From NCBI GenBank assembly GCA_051439605.1, contig JBFRWN010000112.1:1-45163 (forward strand): a stretch of 45,163 bases of DNA. Reading direction: 5' to 3'. The first letter of the stretch is position 1, and each line of letters opens with the position of its first letter. The notes under the pieces are model-generated. The model had not been told where the DNA came from and did no database searches. It was given only the letters and a program-made list of their open reading frames with translations. The stretch is from Synechococcus sp. (lineage in GTDB: Bacteria; Cyanobacteriota; Cyanobacteriia; Thermostichales; PCC-7336). The position numbers and the translations under genes are program-made. Positions 27,418 to 36,782 of the stretch are shown here, piece by piece.

Positions 27418-28830
27418 TTACGCACTGGCGGCGATCGTCCTGGTCAACTGTTTGAAAGCCTGCCGATTGTTCTTCAACGCTTTCTCAATCGAGCCACCTG
27501 CCTGCATCAATCGCATCTCGCGATTGACCGGCCATAAATAGTCAATGCCGTCGAAAAATCGGCGCAAATCGGCAAGCAAGCGATGGTGGTACTTGAGATT
27601 GATGTGAAAGCCTTCGTGCTCTTTGCACAAACACTTCTTCAACCAATGCAGAGCATCGGAGGAATTCATCTCAAACAGTGGCGACTGCAAGAGTTGGTAG
27701 AAGGACTCGATAAAGTCAGCATCGTTGCGAAATACTGCAGGCAATCCTCCTGACAGGCCGCTATGTCCAACACGCTGAACGCGGTAAACAATTGTGTTAG
27801 CTAACGCTTTTTCATAAGCCGTCGGCTTATAAAAGTCCTTGTATAAATCACGAGCAATTAACTGGGAAGTAGTCGTATGAAATGCTTCATCTTGCAGATG
27901 ATAATTGGAAATAGCAGTAGGAGCTGGAATAAATACATCTTGCTTCTGCAACTCTCTGTAGTACTGGCAGTAGCGATACTCGTAATTTTTGAGCAGCATA
28001 TTCGCCATATAACGAGTCACGTAGAACAAGCAGGCAAGAAAAGGAGAGCTTCCACAATTGAGGGTAAAAAATTGCAGAAATGGGCGTGCTCCCCACTGAC
28101 CGACCAGACCCGTAGTCTGAACGGGAATCGGCTCTCCTTTTTTATCTAGTTCCTGTAGGTACTTCGAATAGTAGGGCGCTTTATCTTTAAGCATTATTTG
28201 ATGAGCAATCAGTCGGTAGACTTTTTCCCGTACATTGCTAGAAGTTAGTTGCTTGCGAATGGAAGAGGTCGGCCGGTCGATCGCTTTACCAATTTTTGCT
28301 CTGACGCGTTGGGGAGATGATGCTGACCGATTTCGCATCGATGCTCCAAATGCCGATTTGCCCAGCAGTGCTCGCTTCGTTTTGTAGCCAATCGAATGAA
28401 ACGCGTGAATGTGATACCGCTCTTGATCGGTTTCTAAATCTAATTCTTGGCACAATACATCGTAGCCACTCAGGGTCGCAAATACTCCTGCCGTGATTTG
28501 GTTATACAGCACGGCATTCGCTTCGGTTGCTGCCGTTTGGTTGTACTGTCTGGCCCAATATAAATGGTTGAGAGCTAGCTTCTGCGCCTGCGAAGCCTCT
28601 TCGTAGAGCGGCGTGCCGTAAAGTGTCGATAGCTCGGGAGCGCCCCAGAAGGTATGCTGATTATCGCTGTAGGAAAAGCTCTTATCAAGCTCGGCAATTT
28701 TTTCAGTGTAGTCAGACTCTACATTCCGCTGGTAGTTGATGGCATTCAGCTTGATATGCTTCTTAGTTTTGTTATTTTGACTTTCTTCAGTCGTTGGTTC
28801 GAAAGGTAGCGGATTTGCTGTACTTACCAT
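27418..28830 (-). CDS. CylC-type dimetal-carboxylate (ferritin-like) acyl-ACP halogenase
   Basis: FWGAPELSTLYGTPLYEEASQAQKLALNHLYW and metal-ligand motifs ETDQERYH and HLQDEAFH; lies between a free ACP and a PKS, as in cylBCD. Confidence 0.88.
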   Translation of the reverse strand: MVSTANPLPFEPTTEESQNNKTKKHIKLNAINYQRNVESDYTEKIAELDKSFSYSDNQHTFWGAPELSTLYGTPLYEEASQAQKLALNHLYWARQYNQTAATEANAVLYNQITAGVFATLSGYDVLCQELDLETDQERYHIHAFHSIGYKTKRALLGKSAFGASMRNRSASSPQRVRAKIGKAIDRPTSSIRKQLTSSNVREKVYRLIAHQIMLKDKAPYYSKYLQELDKKGEPIPVQTTGLVGQWGARPFLQFFTLNCGSSPFLACLFYVTRYMANMLLKNYEYRYCQYYRELQKQDVFIPAPTAISNYHLQDEAFHTTTSQLIARDLYKDFYKPTAYEKALANTIVYRVQRVGHSGLSGGLPAVFRNDADFIESFYQLLQSPLFEMNSSDALHWLKKCLCKEHEGFHINLKYHHRLLADLRRFFDGIDYLWPVNREMRLMQAGGSIEKALKNNRQAFKQLTRTIAASA

Positions 28831-28888
28831 GATGGCCTCTTGAAAGTAGAACTGCTCAATCTGACATGTTCTCGCAAATTCTCTGAAG

Positions 28889-29152
28889 TTAAGCTGCTTC
28901 GGCTAGGTGTTTGGAAATACCATCTATTGTTGGATAGTCGTAGGGTAATGTCGGGTCGAGTTCTCGCCCTAACCAATCTTCCAAATCTCCTGTCATGCCA
29001 ACAGCCGCTGATGAATCGAGTCCATATCGGTCAAATGGAATGGTGGTGTCCACCTCGTCAGGATCGATTTCAAGCAAGTCAGCCAAATAATTGGAGAGCC
29101 AAACACGTATTTCGGCTTCAGTTTGCTGCGTTTTGGTTACCGTTTCACTCAT
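28889..29152 (-). CDS. Stand-alone acyl carrier protein (CylB/JamC-like)
   Basis: 87 aa, acidic, with FDRYGLDSSAAV phosphopantetheine site. Confidence 0.95.
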   Translation of the reverse strand: MSETVTKTQQTEAEIRVWLSNYLADLLEIDPDEVDTTIPFDRYGLDSSAAVGMTGDLEDWLGRELDPTLPYDYPTIDGISKHLAEAA

Positions 29153-29284
29153 CGATGACCTGCCTTTTCTGTGTGCGTTTCACGTCCTAACGTTTCCTAA
29201 TGACAGAGTGTGCTTTACTTACTGTCGGCGGTAGATATCAAGGGAACAAATCTCGCGAATGGGTACTGTAGCAAAATGTCTTCC

Positions 29285-30283
29285 TTAGCGTTCTCTGGTT
29301 TTCAGAGCCTTAACGGATGGCACCTGAACGTCCCAAATCCAGCCAGCGCGTTCGAGCGTGCGGATAAACCAGGTGCCGGGGTCAATTTGCCACCAGTGCA
29401 AACCGGCGATCGCTGAGGTCGGGAATGCGTGATGGTTGTTGTGCCACGACTGTCCCCAGCTAGGGATGGCCAGCCAGGCATTGTTCGTGCTGTGGTCTTC
29501 AGATCGATAGGGAGTGCTCCCGAACAGGTGACCAATCGAATTGGTGCTGTTGATGACGTGTTGACCCATGCAAATCCGCACTAAGCCTCCCCATAAAAAT
29601 CCCTGCAGCGCCCCAACCCATGAGGTTGTCAGCACTCCCACTAAAACTGTGGGAACCAGAATGCCCAGCAGTACCCAGATGTGCTGTAACTGATTCACCC
29701 GCGAAATCGCTTTATCGCGCAGCAAGTCTCTAGCAAACAGTGCTGAGTTAGTCACCTCACCCTCAAAGGTCCACCCCATGTGGGAATGCCACAGACCGCG
29801 TAAGCGATCGCCCAAACTCAGACCGTACAAGTGCGGCGAATGCGGATCGCCCGGTTGGTCGGTGAACTGGTGGTGACGTCGATGGTGAGCAACCCAGAAG
29901 ATGGGTCCTCCCTGCGCAGCCATCGATCCGAACACGGCAAGCAGCACCCGCATAGAGGCATTTGCCTGAAACGACCGATGGGAAAAGAGGCGGTGATAGC
30001 CAACCTCAATGCCCAATGTTGTTATGGCGTAGAAACTGATTGCCACACCTATCGCCACCGAACTCAGACCGGTGTAAGGCAACAATCCAATAGCCACAAC
30101 CGTTCCCAGCAAAGGAATCAGAACTGTCGCCAAGCTCAAACGTCGGTAAATGGTTTGTAGGTAGTTGCTGGAAACTTTGATCTTGAAAGGCTTGCGAGAT
30201 CGTGCAGACGCTGATGGGCGATCGTCAGGTTGACGGTGAACCCGACCTTCAGCTTCTCCGATCGCGGAACTGAACTGAGTCAT
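29285..30283 (-). CDS. Membrane acyl-ACP desaturase/acetylenase (JamB-like), copy 2
   Basis: His boxes HRLFSH, HRRHH (followed by DPHSP) and HNNHH; GWTFEGEVTN segment; adjacent to the ACP. Confidence 0.85.
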   Translation of the reverse strand: MTQFSSAIGEAEGRVHRQPDDRPSASARSRKPFKIKVSSNYLQTIYRRLSLATVLIPLLGTVVAIGLLPYTGLSSVAIGVAISFYAITTLGIEVGYHRLFSHRSFQANASMRVLLAVFGSMAAQGGPIFWVAHHRRHHQFTDQPGDPHSPHLYGLSLGDRLRGLWHSHMGWTFEGEVTNSALFARDLLRDKAISRVNQLQHIWVLLGILVPTVLVGVLTTSWVGALQGFLWGGLVRICMGQHVINSTNSIGHLFGSTPYRSEDHSTNNAWLAIPSWGQSWHNNHHAFPTSAIAGLHWWQIDPGTWFIRTLERAGWIWDVQVPSVKALKTRER

Positions 30284-30331
30284 GACTGTGCCTCGACTGC
30301 GATTAACTGAATCTACTGCGGCGCCGAAAAC

Positions 30332-31306
30332 TTAGGATTTCACTCGTTTAGAGGCTTGCATTTCTGGCGATGGAACTTTGACTGACCACGCTAGCCCGAG
30401 TATTTCGAGCAGTCCGATCGTCCAGCCGCCGATGTCTACCTGCCACCATGTCAGACCAAACATGGCTGAATTCGGAAAGGCATGATGGTTGTTGTGCCAG
30501 CCTTCTCCACCTGTTGGGATGGCTGTCCAAACGTTATTCGTGCTGCGTTCGCGGGTGGCAAAAGGGCGGCGACCGAACAAGTGGGTAACCGAGTTAACAC
30601 TCCAAATGGCGTGATGCACTAGGAAGACTCTGACAAACCCGCCCCATAGCAATCCGCGGACAACACCTGTCCACGAATCCAGCCACATTCCTCCGATGGC
30701 CGCTGGGATGGCAAACCCAAGCAATACCCATAGCAAGTACGACTGATTAATTCTGACCAGGACTCGATCTTTTAACAGGTCTTTGGACAACAGAACATTG
30801 GGAAACTCGCCTTCGAATAACCAACCCACATGGGAATGCCAAAACCCATACAGACCCCCGAGGGATTCCCCCGTCTTGCCAATATGAGGAGAGTGAGGAT
30901 CGCCATCCGCGTCACTGCACTGATGGTGCCGTCGGTGATTGCTGACCCAATGAATGACGTGGCCTTGAGCAGCCATTGAACCCAATACGGCTAACACAGC
31001 CTTTACCGCAGATCCAGTCTGGAAGGCACTGTGTGATAGAAGGCGGTGATAGCCGACAGTGATGCCAATAAGCGTTGCCAAGTACATCACAGCCGCAACA
31101 GTACCCGTAACCCAGTCAAATCCCACTGTTCCGAGCGATCCAACTGCCACAAGGGTACCGATGAAAGGAATGAAGACAGCAGCGTAACCAAACAGCTGCT
31201 GCACAGTCGTCAGTCGATCGTTCAACATAGTGACACTGCTGCGACCCCGCCATGAAGGCACCGACTGAAGGCTGCTCTGAATTTCCGCACTATTCAACTG
31301 CATCAA
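30332..31306 (-). CDS. Membrane acyl-ACP desaturase/acetylenase (JamB-like), copy 1
   Basis: His boxes HRLLSH, HRRHH (followed by DPHSP) and HNNHH; GWLFEGEFPN segment; first gene of the long minus-strand operon. Confidence 0.85.
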   Translation of the reverse strand: MMQLNSAEIQSSLQSVPSWRGRSSVTMLNDRLTTVQQLFGYAAVFIPFIGTLVAVGSLGTVGFDWVTGTVAAVMYLATLIGITVGYHRLLSHSAFQTGSAVKAVLAVLGSMAAQGHVIHWVSNHRRHHQCSDADGDPHSPHIGKTGESLGGLYGFWHSHVGWLFEGEFPNVLLSKDLLKDRVLVRINQSYLLWVLLGFAIPAAIGGMWLDSWTGVVRGLLWGGFVRVFLVHHAIWSVNSVTHLFGRRPFATRERSTNNVWTAIPTGGEGWHNNHHAFPNSAMFGLTWWQVDIGGWTIGLLEILGLAWSVKVPSPEMQASKRVKS

Positions 31307-32120
31307 CCCACTTCCTTACAGAACAACAAGAATACTGATTCGCTATCAATTGCTAAAGGCAATGCTCGATACAACTACAGCTGTTCGCTTTGCGCGCAAT
31401 CGATGGAAACCGGACTTAATCTATGGACGCCTCCCTACTCAAAAACATGAATAAACAGCTGATGAAACTACACATCCATACTGACAATGCAAACAGAACT
31501 AATGCTCATCCAAATTTCCAAAAACAGAAAATGGAAGACATCAATATCTCAGGTAATACAAGCCTGCTATAGCAAGCAGTAGAATAATGTCAGCTGCATG
31601 AAGGGATTCCATTTGCCGCACAAGTCTACTGTGTGAGTAGGTATACAAAAACTGTCAGCACTGCTATGCAGCAACCATCTAAATCATATTTAGAGGTAAC
31701 CTACACGACAGAAAGCCTAACTCTGTCAACGTAGAGGCATGAAGTTCCTGCAGGGATTCTTTGGAGGCTGATAAAACCTTTATTCCAAAAGCATAGTAGT
31801 TGGTTAAAGCTACTCCCTTCTAGCCAAACGTGGTTTAACTAGACAATAAGCAAAGCAGAACGAGCAAGATATCTGCCAGAACTAATGATTTAACATTTAG
31901 CTATCTCACTAACATGCACGTAATTTAGACTTAGTTTCTAATTTTGTCTGTCGATAAAATCAACAATTTTATTATTTTCTAGGAATAAGTTCGACAATGT
32001 TGAGTATTTCAACTCTTAAAAGTTAATTTTGATACAGCAGATGCATGAATACAGTTCATGTGGTAATAAATGTTGCTTTTTCTGGATTGTAAAAGTTTAT
32101 TTATACACATTTATGTAAAA

Positions 32121-32162
32121 GTATCCCTAAATACAGATAGTCAATGTAATTTTAGGTAGCAT
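32121..32162 (+). promoter_or_regulatory. Canonical NtcA-activated promoter (GTA-N8-TAC-N22-TAN3T)
   Basis: GTATCCCTAAATAC at 32121-32134, a 22-nt spacer, then TAGCAT at 32157-32162, in the AT-rich divergent intergenic region and facing the FAAL. Confidence 0.6.
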
Positions 32163-32485
32163 TTTATTATTATTGCCGTAAGTGTTTTCCGTTTCCGATT
32201 CGAGGATTTGCTCTAGGCAGTGACGTCGTCATTGATCTTTGGCTTCTATTTCTCATTATTAAGTCATCTTGCTCTGTTTGTTCCTATCAAATATCAGATT
32301 CATGCATGAGATGATGCGTGAGCTGTATGGCTGTCTAGATTGGTTATGAAGCCTCTAGTCTAAAGCACGAATTTTGTAGTATCTGAATCCGTAATTCGGG
32401 ATTTCATGTGAGGTTGCTCGCAAGAGGTCTGCTGTTTTATTCAACAACCCACCCATGCTTTCATGCGCTTAAAGGATTGCCGCTC

Positions 32486-34345
32486 ATGTTACTTACTGGT
32501 ACTCGCTCGACCCCAGATACTTTCGTCGATCTCCTACATCACCAATCATCAAGCAACCCTCACCGCATCGCTTACAAGTTTCTAAAGCATGGAGGAGACA
32601 AGCAATCGTCGACTGTCACCTATCAAGAGATCGCGCAGCAGGCTCAGGCGATCGCCGCAGAGTTGCAGCAGCATCACCCAGCAGGTAGCCGTGCTTTATT
32701 GCTCTACCAGCCTGGGATCAATTACGTCGCGGCCTTCTTGGGGTGCTTGTACGCTGGAATTGTGGCGGTTCCCGCCTATCCGCCACGACGCAATCAATCT
32801 GCGATACGGTTGCGGGCCATTGTGAACGATGCCTGCGCATCTGTGGCTTTAACCACAGCAGCCGTTTTGGAGTCAGTTCAAGGGGCGCTGACTAGCAACA
32901 CTGACCTAGCTCAATTGCGCTGGCTAGCAACTGATACGCTTCCATCCGATCTAGCTACTGAGTGGTCTCCTACGAGCATTGCTGGCGATACCTTGGCATT
33001 CCTTCAATACACATCGGGTTCCACTGGCGATCCAAAGGGAGTCATGGTCAGCCATGCCAATCTGCTGCATAACTCAGCAACCATTCACCAATGCTTCGGA
33101 CATTCGACAGACAGCCAGGGTGTAATTTGGCTGCCTCCTTATCACGACATGGGACTGATTGGCGGAATTTTGCAACCGCTGTACGGTGGCTTCCCCGTAA
33201 CGCTGATGTCACCCGTTGATTTTCTGCAACGACCGCTGCGATGGCTGCAAGCGATTTCAACTGAGCGCGCCACTACTAGCGGTGGCCCTAATTTTGCTTA
33301 TGACTTATGCTTGCAGAAAATCACGCCGGAGCAAAAAGAATCCCTGGATTTGAGCAGTTGGAACGTTGCCTTTACTGGTGCTGAACCCATTCGTGCTCGC
33401 ACCATTGAGCGCTTCTCTGCAGAATTTTCAGCCTGTGGATTTCGTCGAGAAGCGTTTTATCCCTGCTATGGCATGGCTGAGGCAACGTTAATTGTTACGG
33501 GTGGGCTGGTGAACGAGCCGCCGACCACCTACATTGTTGACGGTGATACCCTGAATCAGAACCAGGTCACTTCGTTTCATCCGGATGCTCGTCCAGCCAA
33601 CAGTCGGCAGTTGGTAGGATGCGGCACAGCTTGTCGAGACACGACAATTCGGATCGTCGAGCCAGGATCGCGGGTTCAATGTCCGCCCCAGCAAGTGGGT
33701 GAGATATGGTTATCGAGCCCCAGCGTGGCCCGGGGATATTGGAATCAGTCAGAGAAAACTCAAGCTACGTTTAATGCCTTCGTGGCTAATACTGGAGAGG
33801 GGCCGTTCCTTCGCACTGGTGACCTGGGCTTTATCCAAGATGGCGAACTGGTGGTAACCGGCCGCATCAAGGATATGACGATTATCAAAGGCCGCAACTA
33901 TTACCCTCAAGATTTGGAACTCACGGTCGAAAACAGTCACCCTGCTATTCGACCGGGCTGCGGAGCAGCCTTTGCCGTTGATTTAGATGGTTCTGAACGG
34001 CTGGTTATCGTGTATGAAGTTAAGCGCAGCTACCTGCGAAAGCTCAATGTAAACGAGATCGTTGGTTGCATTCGCCAGGCGATCGCCGCCGAACATTCCT
34101 TACAAGTCTATGCAACAGTATTGGTTAAAACTGGCAGCATCCCTAAGACATCGAGCGGAAAGATTCGGCGTTTTGCTTGCCGAGATCGCTTTTTAAGCGG
34201 CCAGCTTAATGTTGTCAATGACTGGTGTAAATCACCCCAAGGTCGTTTTGATTTTATCAAACTCAAAGCAGATATTGAGTTCACATTACACAATTTGCGA
34301 GAGAATTTGAATCACAACAAGAATGTCAAAAAGATCTTCAAATAA
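32486..34345 (+). CDS. Fatty acyl-AMP ligase (FAAL; CylA/JamA-like loading enzyme)
   Basis: LQYTSGSTGDPKGV, WLPPYHDMGLIG, YPCYGMAEATL, FLRTGDLG and IPKTSSGK; ATG 32486 has an AAGGA RBS. Confidence 0.94.
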   Translation: MLLTGTRSTPDTFVDLLHHQSSSNPHRIAYKFLKHGGDKQSSTVTYQEIAQQAQAIAAELQQHHPAGSRALLLYQPGINYVAAFLGCLYAGIVAVPAYPPRRNQSAIRLRAIVNDACASVALTTAAVLESVQGALTSNTDLAQLRWLATDTLPSDLATEWSPTSIAGDTLAFLQYTSGSTGDPKGVMVSHANLLHNSATIHQCFGHSTDSQGVIWLPPYHDMGLIGGILQPLYGGFPVTLMSPVDFLQRPLRWLQAISTERATTSGGPNFAYDLCLQKITPEQKESLDLSSWNVAFTGAEPIRARTIERFSAEFSACGFRREAFYPCYGMAEATLIVTGGLVNEPPTTYIVDGDTLNQNQVTSFHPDARPANSRQLVGCGTACRDTTIRIVEPGSRVQCPPQQVGEIWLSSPSVARGYWNQSEKTQATFNAFVANTGEGPFLRTGDLGFIQDGELVVTGRIKDMTIIKGRNYYPQDLELTVENSHPAIRPGCGAAFAVDLDGSERLVIVYEVKRSYLRKLNVNEIVGCIRQAIAAEHSLQVYATVLVKTGSIPKTSSGKIRRFACRDRFLSGQLNVVNDWCKSPQGRFDFIKLKADIEFTLHNLRENLNHNKNVKKIFK

Positions 34346-34365
34346 ATAAATAGTTTACAGATGCC

Positions 34366-34395
34366 ATCTCACCTAGGTTCTAACCTAGATGAGAT
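34366..34395 (+). terminator. Inverted repeat 20 bp after the FAAL stop (possible terminator)
   Basis: ATCTCACCTAGGTT-CT-AACCTAGATGAGAT: 14-bp arms with one mismatch. Confidence 0.45.
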
Positions 34396-34793
34396 AGATT
34401 TGATTAAGACAAAATTGAGCTAAGACCGAAGTCTATCACTCGTAATATCAACATATAATCTAGAGCTTCTTTCAATCTCGCATCAATACTTTTGGCAGCA
34501 ATTCCAGACTGGTTCACACTTCTTCATCATAATCCTTGGTATCTCCATATAGTTTCCACATACATTACCTATCGTTAACAGTAACGGACACTAGATCGCT
34601 CGGCGATAAAGCATACTTATTAAACTAGAAGGCAAGTCATTATGGGTATGTTTCTGTATGTATTGTGGACTAAGAGCGATAGATCGACTCTTTATATAGC
34701 GAACTATCCAGCATCAAGGATTGCAGGTTTGCATTTATTTAGACCTTGTATTTCCAGCAAGCTAGTTTCGGGTAGAGTTTGGACATTAGCGAC

Positions 34794-35066
34794 ATGTTTA
34801 GCGACATTCAGTATACTTCAACCAATGACCTGCAACAGCTATCCAATCAGTTAGAAGAGCTTCATCCACTTGATTTTCGATTGGCATTTGGTTTAACCCA
34901 CGAAGAGGCTGCTAAAGAGTTATGCTTAGAGCCTCAAACGATGCGAGCCTATTCCAAAAACAATCCTTCCCGGCGTGTAAAGAAGTTGGCAGCAACAATT
35001 GCCAAACGATGGATATCTATGGGGCGCGAAGTGGTTGACATCAAGTATCTAGTGGCGAATCGATGA
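34794..35066 (+). CDS. Small putative helix-turn-helix (XRE-like) protein
   Basis: FRLAFGLTHEEAAKELCLEPQTMRAY resembles an XRE-type HTH; start uncertain (34779 or 34794). Confidence 0.55.
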   Translation: MFSDIQYTSTNDLQQLSNQLEELHPLDFRLAFGLTHEEAAKELCLEPQTMRAYSKNNPSRRVKKLAATIAKRWISMGREVVDIKYLVANR

Positions 35067-35513
35067 GCTTTCCAGCGTTCGTTGGTGAAAACTATGCAAG
35101 TAGAGTTTCATGACCAAATACCTATAACTTCAACCTTCAATTATGGCAGGAAATATTATTTTGGATGCTCTGTAGTAAAGCGGTATAGTTTGACAAATAG
35201 ATTATTAGGATTCAGGACTATTTCTTTAGGCTGGGAGTATACTTTTTTGGAAGTGATTCTATGCAAAATAAGATTAACTAATACCGTTAAGCATTATAAG
35301 CAAGCAGGCTTATAATATTTATCGAGAAAAATAACTACTTAATCAAGTAAGATTTTCCTGATTAAATAGAGGAGATAAATCAGCATTCAAGAAAGCATCA
35401 ATTTTTGGTTCTATCAATCGAAAATATGCTTGGTATCTTGCCCCTTATCCGTCAGGTCAACAGTACCCTTTAGCGTCAATTTCCACACCCAAAATGCTCT
35501 GGAAGGCTTATTC

Positions 35514-36782
35514 GTGACTCAGTTGCAACCCAAACCGGATTTGGATCGCCAGCCTATTTCGACTGGGGGCTTGCCACACAAACCCCGACGGAGGTTGAAA
35601 GTGGCGAGTGCAATTGCGGTGGCGATCGCCGCTACAGGCATCGTCACATGGCAATTCCTAGACCAGCCTGAATCGGGGGTTCTGCCTGTGAGTGGACGGA
35701 TTGAAGGCTACGAAACGGATGTCAGTGCTAAAGTGGGCGGGCGCATTGGGTTCGTGGCCGTACGGGAAGGGGATGCGGTGAAGCAGGGGGAGCTACTCGT
35801 GCGTTTGGATGACGAAGAGGCGCAGGCGCAGTTGCGGGGATCAATGGCGCGGCTGACCGCTGCCAAACAGCAGGAGCGGCGATCGCAGCTTAACCTGGCT
35901 GTAATCGAGAGTCAGATCGAAGAAGTTCAGCTGATCGTGCGCCAATCCCAAGGCGATGCCGAGGGGCGAATTTTGCAGGCGGAGGGGCAACTGGCAGCGG
36001 CAGAGGCGGAATTAGTGGAAGCAAACGCACAGGTGGAAGCAGCGCAGGCGGATTTGAAATTGGCCAAGGCAGATCGCGAACGGCTTGCCCAGTTGCTAAA
36101 AGAAGGTGCCATCCCCCAGCAGCAGTTCGACCAAGTCCAGGCTCGTTTAGAGACGGAAAAGGCAGCGTTACAGGCTCGCGAGGCAATTGTCATTGCTGCT
36201 CGCCAACAAGTGGATGCGGCTCGCGGGGCATTGGGGCAGGCCAGAACTTCCGCTTTGAATCCTGACATTCGCACAGCTCAACTGGCGGCTTTGCAAACGC
36301 AACTGCTCCGGGCTGAGGCCGAGGTGGAGGCAGCCCGAGCGGATGTGGTTAACGCCCGCGCTGCTCGAGAGGAGATTGAAGCCCGTCTCGATTTCTTGCA
36401 CGTTGTGAGTCCCATCGATGGTGTGACACTGGCTCGCATGGTGGAACCGGCCGAAGTGGTCGGTGTGGGCACGGCTCTACTGTCACTGGTGAACCTAGAT
36501 ACTGTTTACATGAGGGGTTACATCCCGGAAGGGGATATCGGCAGGGTGCGGGTGGGTCAGGCCGCCAGGGTGTTTTTGGATTCAGCCCCCGATCGCCCCC
36601 TCAGTGCCCGCGTGATTGCGATCGATCCCGAAGCATCGTTTACGCCAGAAAACATCTACTTTCGAGATGATCGCGTCAATCAAGTATTTGGTTTGAGGAT
36701 CGGCATTGACAATCCGGAGGGGTTTGCAAAACCGGGCATGCCCGCTGATGCAGAAATTCTCATCGGCGAATCCGAACCATGA
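35514..36782 (+). CDS. HlyD-family membrane fusion protein (YbhG-like)
   Basis: N-terminal TM helix, VSGRIEG, long coiled coil, EASFTPENIY, AKPGMPADA. GTG 35514 has a GGAAGG RBS (ORF-track start 35430). Confidence 0.9.
   Translation: MTQLQPKPDLDRQPISTGGLPHKPRRRLKVASAIAVAIAATGIVTWQFLDQPESGVLPVSGRIEGYETDVSAKVGGRIGFVAVREGDAVKQGELLVRLDDEEAQAQLRGSMARLTAAKQQERRSQLNLAVIESQIEEVQLIVRQSQGDAEGRILQAEGQLAAAEAELVEANAQVEAAQADLKLAKADRERLAQLLKEGAIPQQQFDQVQARLETEKAALQAREAIVIAARQQVDAARGALGQARTSALNPDIRTAQLAALQTQLLRAEAEVEAARADVVNARAAREEIEARLDFLHVVSPIDGVTLARMVEPAEVVGVGTALLSLVNLDTVYMRGYIPEGDIGRVRVGQAARVFLDSAPDRPLSARVIAIDPEASFTPENIYFRDDRVNQVFGLRIGIDNPEGFAKPGMPADAEILIGESEP

Noticed and set aside
27418..28830. Annotation as AurF p-aminobenzoate N-oxygenase
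   Set aside because: Same fold family, but the HxxDExxH motif, the N-terminal LYGTPLY block, the ACP/PKS context and the lack of any arylamine pathway point to a CylC-type halogenase.
29285..31306. Housekeeping Delta-9 lipid desaturases (desC)
   Set aside because: They lead a PKS operon next to an ACP and opposite a FAAL, and carry JamB-like segments. Alkyne formation itself remains unproven.
35082..35315. 77-aa ORF, and similar short ORFs at 2515-2715 and 34642-34854
   Set aside because: No recognisable motifs, weak or absent RBS, and they lie in intergenic-like DNA.
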